Part shown: positions 57,411 through 64,000 of the stretch, piece by piece
Layout: every line of letters begins with the position of its first letter
How positions within the stretch are numbered: position 1 is the stretch's first letter
Virus record (IMG/VR): IMGVR_UViG_3300026521_000003
Span: 62,001-126,000 of that record
Reading direction: 5' to 3' (one strand)
DNA length: 64,000 bases
Program-made: the position numbers and the translations under genes
Notes under the pieces: model-generated
Database searches by the model: none
Told to the model about the DNA's origin: nothing
Seen by the model: only the letters and a program-made list of their open reading frames with translations

Positions 57411-57939
57411 AAATTACACAATCTAATCACAGTTTTTTATAGTTTATTTAATATTTTTAAATTTTATACCTATATTTATATGACATTTTATTTTAATTTT
57501 AAATTACACAATCTAATCACAGTTTTTTCTTTTTGGTTCTTAATATATTAAATTATATCAAAAATAACTCAAAAAATAATTCTTAGTTAAATTTAATGTA
57601 GTTTATAGCTATTTTTCAGAAGAAAAAAACTTAAAAAAAAAATCTTAGTTATGGCATTTTTTATTTTATTTATATTTTTATATAATTTATTCTTATATAT
57701 TGAACTCATTAATAGTCAATAAAATATATAATAAACTATATTTTAACTAAAAAATATTTTTTGAGTTATCTAAAAAACTAAAAATAAATACGTAAGTTAA
57801 AATTTAAAAATTTAACTAAGAATTATTTTTTGAGTTAAAAAATGGGTTTTTTGCCGCATTTTAAGACTATAAAAATAAGGTGTTTTTTTTGGTTCACAAT
57901 CTAATCACGAAAACTACACAATCTAATCACAGTTTTTTT
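57411..57939. repeat. Iteron-like family A: CACAATCTAATCAC core x4 (57417, 57507, 57895, 57917)
   Basis: Three copies extend to about 28 bp (AAA(T/C)TACACAATCTAATCACAGTTTTTT). The last pair has a 22-bp period. All are in the same orientation, upstream of rep. Confidence 0.88.
57565..57837. repeat. Family B: 25-bp TAACT-N15-AGTTA sites x5, including a perfect 30-bp inverted repeat (57565-57594 / 57808-57837)
   Basis: Copies start at 57565, 57627 (21/25 identity), 57744 (23/25, inverted), 57775 (arms only) and 57813 (perfect, inverted). Confidence 0.85.
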
Positions 57940-58157
57940 CAAGGGTCACTGGGTAACACTATATTTTCTCGTGCAAAACTAGGACTGTACAAAATACAAA
58001 TAGAATAAAGGATAGATAAATAGCCTTCGGCATGAAATAGATTGGTTGATCTAAATCATCTTTATTTAATCTGATTCATCTTTACACACTACCTATTAAA
58101 ATTCCTATTAAAATTAATTGTATAATTAAAACAAAATTATTAAATTAAAGGTAATTT

Positions 58158-59213
58158 ATGTCAAAGAAAATCACAATGAGTACAGATTGGCATTTTGGTA
58201 AATCAAATGGAAGGTTTGACAATATTATTTTAAATGGTATTATTGAACAATGTAATTATGCAAAAGATAATAATATCAAAGTTATGATTAATCTTGGTGA
58301 TACATTAGATGTAAAGCAATCAATTACTACTAGTACTATGAATTATTTAGCTAAAGCATTCCAGTTAATAAATGAAACATTCGATAAAGTTTATGTATTG
58401 GTTGGTAATCATGATATGTCCAAAAAAACTTATAATAATGATGGACATAATTTACATATCTTTTCTGGTTATAGTAATATTGAGGTTATTGACACTCCAA
58501 AAATAATTTCAATATTCGATTCAGATTTTTATTTTATGCCTTATTTCCCAAATGATTATCTCAAAAATCATACTTTTGAAAAAGCTAGATATTTGTGTGC
58601 TCATATTGAAGTACAAGGATTTATGTTAAATCAATTTGTTAAAGCTGAAGATGGTTTGAATATGCAGGCTATAACAAATATATATGACAATGTTTTTTTA
58701 GGTCATTTTCATAAGCGACAATCTAGAGGGAATGTATCATATATTGGTAATATGTGTAGATTTTTTTATGGTGAAAATGATGAAGAGCGTGGTTGGACTA
58801 TCTTAGATGTTGAAAATAATGATTATGAATTTGTTGAATACCAACACCCTAAAATGTATAAATTTAAATTATCAACATTAATGAATTTAGATGAAGATTT
58901 AAATGATATATTTGAACCAGGTGATAATCTTAAACTGGTTATTGATAAACAATTAAAATATTCTGAATTAGAGGAGTTTAAATCAAAACTAATTTTGGAT
59001 TATAAAATTAATGATTTAGTATTAGACGACCAGTTTTATGCATTTGATATTGATGAAATAGATGATGAAGATGAAATAGATGATAATGTTACAGATTTAG
59101 ACCCTAGTTATATGGATTATCTATTAACAGAAATGGGGAAGATTATCACAGACGATAATGCCATAGAAGCATTAGAATATCTTAGAGAAAAATCTAAAGA
59201 TTATCAGGAATAA
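58158..59213 (+). CDS. gp47: Recombination endonuclease subunit, gp47/Mre11/SbcD-like
   Basis: Calcineurin-like phosphoesterase motifs DWHFG, GDTLD, GNHD, HIE and GHFH. Confidence 0.95.
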   Translation: MSKKITMSTDWHFGKSNGRFDNIILNGIIEQCNYAKDNNIKVMINLGDTLDVKQSITTSTMNYLAKAFQLINETFDKVYVLVGNHDMSKKTYNNDGHNLHIFSGYSNIEVIDTPKIISIFDSDFYFMPYFPNDYLKNHTFEKARYLCAHIEVQGFMLNQFVKAEDGLNMQAITNIYDNVFLGHFHKRQSRGNVSYIGNMCRFFYGENDEERGWTILDVENNDYEFVEYQHPKMYKFKLSTLMNLDEDLNDIFEPGDNLKLVIDKQLKYSELEEFKSKLILDYKINDLVLDDQFYAFDIDEIDDEDEIDDNVTDLDPSYMDYLLTEMGKIITDDNAIEALEYLREKSKDYQE

Positions 59214-59285
59214 AAGCCTAATAAAATATGGTTTTAAAATCCTATTAATGTAAAATATGTATAAAGATAAAAAAATGGAAGATAA

Positions 59286-61127
59286 ATGAAGATTAAATTT
59301 CGTAAAATTGAAATACAAAATTTTTATAGTTATGGTGATAAACAGGAAGTAGACTTAGATCAATTTAAAAGTACAGTTGTTTTAATAGATGGTATAGATA
59401 AAGATACAGAGGGATCAAAAATTGGTTCTGGTAAATCATCATTCCTTGCAGCAATAACATATGCATTATTTGGTGAAACCGTTTCAAATGTAAAAGCTAA
59501 TGAGATAGTAAATTATATAAAAGGTAAAAATGCATTAGTTGTTTTAATATTTGAAATGAATAATACTCTTTTTAAAATTGAAAGGGGTAGAAAACCAAAT
59601 ATATTAAATATCTATCAAGAAATTGATAGAGATGAAAATGATGATATTCAATGGGAAAATATATCAAGAGCTGATATAAAAGATAATGATAAACTTATTG
59701 TTTCATTAATAAAAATCAATTTTGAAACATTTTTACAAACATCATTATTTTCTGTAGCTTCAGAGCATAATAAACCTTTTTTAAATATGACTCCATCAAA
59801 TCAAAAAAAAGTTCTTGAAAATATTTTTAATTTTGATTTATTTAATAATATGATTAATGAGATAAAAGATGATGTTCGTGACAAACAAGTTATTAGAGCT
59901 GAATTAGAATCTTCATTAAGAGAAGTTCAAATCTCAAATGAACAAATAGAATCACAAATAGAAAGACTGAAGGAATCTTCAGATAAATTTGAAAAACGTA
60001 GAAATAAACGTATTAAAGAACTTGAAGAAAGTATAGTTTTTTATAATAATATTGATATTGAAGAAGAAAAAGATAAATTTGCATTTATAGATGAGTTAAA
60101 AGAACATAAAACTAATATTACTTCAACTATTTCGGAATTGAAAATTGAGTTAAAAGATATTCAAACTGAATTATCGAGAGTTGATAGGGAAATCGAATTG
60201 TTAGTCAATGATTATCAATCAGAAGAAGATAATAATAAGAGTTTAAGAGGTAATATTTGTCCAACTTGTCATCAAGATTGGGAAGATCCAGATGCAATAA
60301 TAGCAAGTGATAATAAATTAAAAAAAATAGGTTCTGAAATAATTTCTTTTGAGAAAAGCTTAAATGAATTTGAGGTAGTTGAACAAAAAATTCTAAAAAA
60401 GATTAAAGATAAAAAAAGTATTTTGTTTGAAATTAAAGAAGCTATAGATGAAGTAGAAACACAAATTGATAAAAAAGAATTGGATAATATTGATATTATA
60501 TTATCTAATATTAAGAAAGAACTAAAAAATGAAATAAATCAAGAAAACCATTATCTTATGGAAATAGAAGCAAATAAATCACTACTTCGAGAAATAGATA
60601 CGGAAACATTAGACAAAGTTGATAGTTGGATTCAAAATATTAAAGCATTTATTAAATTATCTGAGGATCCTAAGACAAGAGGGAAATTTTTAAGAAAATT
60701 TATAAAACAATCTAATGAAATTTTACGAGGGTTTAAAAAATTAATACCGGATTATAATATTCATATTCAATTCAATCCTGACTTTACCATTAGAGTTATG
60801 AAGTTAGGTAAAGAAGTTAATCCTGCATCTTTATCAAATGGTGAAAAGAGGATTGGAAATATAATGATAATGATGGCATTAATGAAAGTATTTAAACTTA
60901 AAAATAACGTTGAATTTAATGCTATTTTTATGGATGAAGTACTTGATAGTGGTATTAATGGTGCCTTATTAGAAAGTGTTTACACTTTTATAAAAAATGT
61001 AGCAAAAGAAGAACAAATGAGAGTTTATTTAATTTCACATAGAGAGGAAATTAAAGAAAAAGTTAAAGAAGTTATAATGGTTACAAAATCAAGAGGCATA
61101 TCAACTATTGAAATAAATCCTATGTGA
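59286..61127 (+). CDS. gp46: Recombination ATPase subunit, gp46/Rad50/SbcC-like
   Basis: Walker A GSGKSS, coiled coil with CPTC zinc hook, signature LSNGEKR, Walker B IFMDE and ISH. Confidence 0.96.
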   Translation: MKIKFRKIEIQNFYSYGDKQEVDLDQFKSTVVLIDGIDKDTEGSKIGSGKSSFLAAITYALFGETVSNVKANEIVNYIKGKNALVVLIFEMNNTLFKIERGRKPNILNIYQEIDRDENDDIQWENISRADIKDNDKLIVSLIKINFETFLQTSLFSVASEHNKPFLNMTPSNQKKVLENIFNFDLFNNMINEIKDDVRDKQVIRAELESSLREVQISNEQIESQIERLKESSDKFEKRRNKRIKELEESIVFYNNIDIEEEKDKFAFIDELKEHKTNITSTISELKIELKDIQTELSRVDREIELLVNDYQSEEDNNKSLRGNICPTCHQDWEDPDAIIASDNKLKKIGSEIISFEKSLNEFEVVEQKILKKIKDKKSILFEIKEAIDEVETQIDKKELDNIDIILSNIKKELKNEINQENHYLMEIEANKSLLREIDTETLDKVDSWIQNIKAFIKLSEDPKTRGKFLRKFIKQSNEILRGFKKLIPDYNIHIQFNPDFTIRVMKLGKEVNPASLSNGEKRIGNIMIMMALMKVFKLKNNVEFNAIFMDEVLDSGINGALLESVYTFIKNVAKEEQMRVYLISHREEIKEKVKEVIMVTKSRGISTIEINPM

Positions 61128-61160
61128 TTTATTGTAAAATAAGTATGAGAAGGATATAAA

Positions 61161-61811
61161 ATGAAATTTTCAGATCTAGATTTAGATATACCTTCTAAAT
61201 TGTCAAATGATATTAGGTATAAATTTATAAGAGCATCGGTTAAAAATAATGGGAATTATCAACCTCATCCAGCAGGTATATATCTATATAAGAATATTCC
61301 TCAATTTAATAAAATTGCTGTAAATGATTATAAATTTATGGAAGATAATAATTATCAAAAAATTGATATTTTGAATAATACATTTTTAGATAATATTACA
61401 AATGATGAAATGGACAAATTTATAGATTTAATTGAAATGGAAGAAATTGATTGGAAAAAGCTTTATACATATGATGAACCTTATCAACTTAGTAAATATC
61501 CATCAATATTAAAAGAATTTCAAGTTTCATCAGTATTTGATATTGCAATGGTTTTATCTATAATAAGACCTGGATCAATTAAAAAATATGATGCTTTAAA
61601 AAAAGCTATGAAAACAAAAAAAAAGATTAGTAAAGATATAAAGTATTATGATATTTTAAAAGACACGTATGGAGTTCCAATTTTTAATGAACAATATAAA
61701 GAGATAGGTATTGATGATGGTGTGTATAGATATAAAAAACCACACGCTATCGGTTATGCCTATGTATTGTTGATTGATTTTTTAAAAAAAAGTCATAAAA
61801 TTAAGGAATAA
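61161..61811 (+). CDS. dnaE: Minimal DNA polymerase III alpha (DnaE) catalytic-core protein (216 aa)
   Basis: SDLDLD, HPAGI, KIDILN, YQL, IIRPG, LKDTYGV..FNEQ and YKKPHAIGYA occur in DnaE order. Confidence 0.78.
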   Translation: MKFSDLDLDIPSKLSNDIRYKFIRASVKNNGNYQPHPAGIYLYKNIPQFNKIAVNDYKFMEDNNYQKIDILNNTFLDNITNDEMDKFIDLIEMEEIDWKKLYTYDEPYQLSKYPSILKEFQVSSVFDIAMVLSIIRPGSIKKYDALKKAMKTKKKISKDIKYYDILKDTYGVPIFNEQYKEIGIDDGVYRYKKPHAIGYAYVLLIDFLKKSHKIKE

Positions 61812-61845
61812 TTATAGAAAAAAAGATTTTTTGGGTCTTTTTACA

Positions 61846-61853
61846 TATAAATA
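61846..61853 (+). promoter_or_regulatory. T4-type late promoter TATAAATA upstream of HU
   Basis: Exact consensus 60 bp upstream of the ATG at 61913. Confidence 0.45.
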
Positions 61854-61912
61854 AAAATGAATTATAAAAATAAGATTATTATCTTATTTAAATCAAAAAA
61901 AAGGAAGTTAAT

Positions 61913-62197
61913 ATGACAAAAGCAGATATGGTAGTTCAACTACAAGAAATTATTGGTGAAGAAAAAGTTTCAAAAGCAGAATGTGAAAGAATCTGGAATG
62001 GTTTAATCGAAATTATTGCAGAAGAGGTAAAAGATGGTGGTGAAGTAAAATTTGGTTCACTATTTAAAGTTTATAAAAAACATAAAAATGCTAGAAAAGT
62101 AAGAAATCCGAGAACTGGCGAAACTTTCATGAAAGAAGCTAGAGATGAACTAGGATGTAAAGTTATGAGAGAAGGTAAATACCTTATTCAAGACTAG
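61913..62197 (+). CDS. hup: HU/IHF-family DNA-binding protein
   Basis: MTKADMV, EVKFGSLFKV and ARKVRNPRTGE arm motif. Confidence 0.92.
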   Translation: MTKADMVVQLQEIIGEEKVSKAECERIWNGLIEIIAEEVKDGGEVKFGSLFKVYKKHKNARKVRNPRTGETFMKEARDELGCKVMREGKYLIQD

Positions 62198-62205
62198 GAA
62201 TTAAC

Positions 62206-62547
62206 ATGAATGTTAAAGTTGGTGGACCAAATTCGGAAATAGAAGCTGAAGCCAAAAAAAAACTTATTACTGAGAAAAGGATTAAAGAAATCCTTTCTCA
62301 AAATCCTTCAAAACACGATTTAGAATCACTTAAAGTTAAAATACGGGAATTACTACAATTCTATGAACGTATAATTAAATCTATCAATCAAACTATACGT
62401 ATGGTAAAATCAAAAACGCAGATGTCTTATTTAGAACAAAAGAATTATATTCAATCACAAGAGAAAGAATTATCACAGGCTAAACGTGAAAAAAGTAGAT
62501 TAAGAAAATATTTAAAAATATTGAATGAAAAGTTAGATTTAATATAA
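62206..62547 (+). CDS. Hypothetical basic coiled-coil protein (113 aa)
   Basis: AGGA RBS; no motif. Confidence 0.6.
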   Translation: MNVKVGGPNSEIEAEAKKKLITEKRIKEILSQNPSKHDLESLKVKIRELLQFYERIIKSINQTIRMVKSKTQMSYLEQKNYIQSQEKELSQAKREKSRLRKYLKILNEKLDLI

Positions 62548-62550
62548 ATA
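62543..62550 (+). promoter_or_regulatory. T4-type late promoter for the neck gene cluster
   Basis: TATAAATA 20 bp upstream of the ATG at 62571. Confidence 0.6.
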
Positions 62551-62570
62551 AAAAGAAAAAGGAATTTTTT

Positions 62571-62918
62571 ATGGCATATGAATATACAAGTATAACACCA
62601 GGGATATTTAGTTTCACTATCCCTGGTGAAAATAAAACAGTAAAATTATTTACAGGTGATAAAATTATTGTTAAAAAACAACTCACAGGTACATACCTCA
62701 AAATGTTTATTTTTAATGGAGAAGTTCCAGATGCTGATGAAGTAAAATCTAAAAAAACTAATCCGAAAGCAAAAGTAGCAGATAAAATAACATCTGTTGT
62801 TGAAACTGAAGAAATTCAATCAAATGATAATATAGATATTGAACTTAGTGATAATATTAAAGATGTTGAAGAAAAACCAACTCCTAAAAGAAGAGGGAGA
62901 AAGAAAAAAGAATCATAG
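62571..62918 (+). CDS. Hypothetical protein upstream of the neck gene (115 aa)
   Basis: AAGGA RBS; basic PKRRGRKKK tail. Confidence 0.7.
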   Translation: MAYEYTSITPGIFSFTIPGENKTVKLFTGDKIIVKKQLTGTYLKMFIFNGEVPDADEVKSKKTNPKAKVADKITSVVETEEIQSNDNIDIELSDNIKDVEEKPTPKRRGRKKKES

Positions 62919-62939
62919 TGGCTCTTTATTAAAAATATT

Positions 62940-63614
62940 ATGACAAAAGATTTCTTAAAACAATATATATTATCTATGTTAGGAGCATCACAAACTGATG
63001 TTGAATTATCTGATGAAGATTTAGATATGTCGATATATCATGCTATAAATTATTATGGACATAATTCATCTGAGGCATGGAATGAAGAATGGGTAGTTAT
63101 ACCACTAAAAGCGGGTGAAAATTATCATGAAATAGATGATTCAATAGATTTCATTATAAGTATGAATGCTATGGCTGGACAACAAGGAGTATCATTAATC
63201 CCAGAAACTGTCGGTAAGGCTTATGAAAATGCTATGTTAGCTATGAATAATCAAGATAACGATTTACAACGAGTAATTAATCCTGTATCCACAAGGATAT
63301 TATACAGAGATAATAAAAGATTTATACAAACAGATTTTGCCCCGACATCGGATTTGAATGTAGCTGCAAAAGTTATGAGATATAAAGATTTAGCACCAAT
63401 ATATTCTGATCCTTGGGTACAAAAATATGCTTTAGCTCAAGCAAAATTTACACTAGGCAATATTCGTAGTAAATATTCTAGTGTATCTGCACCTCAGGAT
63501 ATGTCAATGAATGGTTCAGATTTAATTTCACAAGCTCAAACAGAAATTGAAAAATTAGAGCAAGAGTTATTTGATAAATCAGTTATTATGAATGGTGGTA
63601 TTTATATCGGCTAG
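62940..63614 (+). CDS. gp13: Neck protein, gp13-like
   Basis: LKQYILSMLGA...VELSDEDL, WVQKYALAQAKFTLG.IRSKY...P....NG.DL..QAQTEIEKLEQEL. Confidence 0.9.
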   Translation: MTKDFLKQYILSMLGASQTDVELSDEDLDMSIYHAINYYGHNSSEAWNEEWVVIPLKAGENYHEIDDSIDFIISMNAMAGQQGVSLIPETVGKAYENAMLAMNNQDNDLQRVINPVSTRILYRDNKRFIQTDFAPTSDLNVAAKVMRYKDLAPIYSDPWVQKYALAQAKFTLGNIRSKYSSVSAPQDMSMNGSDLISQAQTEIEKLEQELFDKSVIMNGGIYIG

Positions 63615-63669
63615 TTTATAAATTTATTGAATAATGAATAAATATATATGAAATAATGGAGATAAATTT

Positions 63670-64000
63670 ATGACTAGAACTGATTTTTTAAATGAAATAT
63701 TACCTACATCATATACTATAAAAGGTTCATTATCTGAATCGGGACCAAATTCTAGAAAGGTATATAATAATAAACCTAAAGATGTATCTTTTATTAAACG
63801 TATTGCAAGAGAAAAAATACATCTTGATGGTGCACCGATCTTATATTTTCCAATTGACCCAACTTCAAATGATTTATTACAGTCTTTAGATTTCGATAAT
63901 AGTTTAAAAGATCATACTCATCTAACATTAGGAAAACCATTAGAAATGGTTGCAACATGGACACCACAAGAATACCAAAACGATTTATCTAAATGGGGAG
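63670..64000 (+). CDS. Neck/head-closure protein gp14-like, runs off the window edge
   Basis: Not in the ORF track. GGAG RBS; open frame MTRTDFLNEILP...REKIHLDGAPILYFP...DLSKWG directly after gp13. Confidence 0.65.
   Translation, partial: MTRTDFLNEILPTSYTIKGSLSESGPNSRKVYNNKPKDVSFIKRIAREKIHLDGAPILYFPIDPTSNDLLQSLDFDNSLKDHTHLTLGKPLEMVATWTPQEYQNDLSKWG

Larger units (their letters stand above)
57361..58157. other. Putative replication origin region
   Basis: Longest non-coding stretch in the window, adjacent to rep, with iteron-like repeats flanking an almost pure A/T core at about 57652-57743. Confidence 0.65.

Noticed and set aside
57891-57930. DnaA boxes in the putative origin
   Set aside because: The best 9-mers (e.g. 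TGGTTCACA, AATTACACA) have at least two mismatches to consensus and overlap the iteron repeats.
57411-57939. Repeat cluster as a CRISPR array
   Set aside because: Spacing is irregular (90, 388 and 22 bp), there are two unrelated repeat families in mixed orientation, there are no uniform spacers, and no cas gene is nearby.
58022-58033. C(UUCG)G tetraloop as a structured RNA
   Set aside because: The closing stem breaks after one pair, and I could not build any tRNA-like or larger fold around it.
58092-59248. CCTATTAA motif upstream of gp47 and gp46 as a middle-promoter box
   Set aside because: Its spacing to the candidate -10 elements is inconsistent, and several chance copies are expected in DNA this AT-rich. 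It needs genome-wide statistics.
58081-61160. Host assignment from TATAAT/TAAAAT promoters without -35, plus low GC
   Set aside because: This fits several low-GC phyla and cannot be resolved without homology searches or spacer matches.
1-64000. Alternative genetic code (TAG or TGA recoding)
   Set aside because: All conserved genes are full length in the standard code. TAG ends (9396, 16671, 63614) fall at expected C-termini and are followed by further stops within a few codons.

Overview
This window is part of a very AT-rich, T4-related large (probably jumbo) myophage genome read in the standard genetic code. I found no tRNA, rRNA, CRISPR array or integrase. It holds most of the virion module: gp23-like capsid, gp22 scaffold, gp21 protease, gp20 portal, gp18 sheath, gp19 tube, a 2230-aa tape measure, gp6 and a 2836-aa gp7-like wedge protein, gp27/gp5-like hub and spike, gp2, gp4, gp13, gp14 and several paralogous fibre proteins. 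Many of these genes have a T4-type late promoter (TATAAATA) just upstream. It also encodes NrdA, a thioredoxin-fold protein, a MazG-like enzyme, gp47/gp46 and HU. Three signals stand out. (1) A plasmid-type Rep_3 initiator gene (56053-57360) sits beside a 750-bp non-coding region with a near-symmetric layout of iteron-like and palindromic repeats, i.e. a candidate plasmid replicon inside a T4-like phage. (2) A candidate -1 programmed frameshift (SD-like site, T_TTT_TTC, hairpin) would fuse the gp26-like ORF to a downstream gp51-like ORF, resembling lambda G/GT. (3) A 216-aa minimal DnaE keeps all three catalytic aspartates. All family assignments come from motif recognition by eye; no database searches were run. 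Several ORF starts were moved to the codon with a plausible ribosome-binding site.
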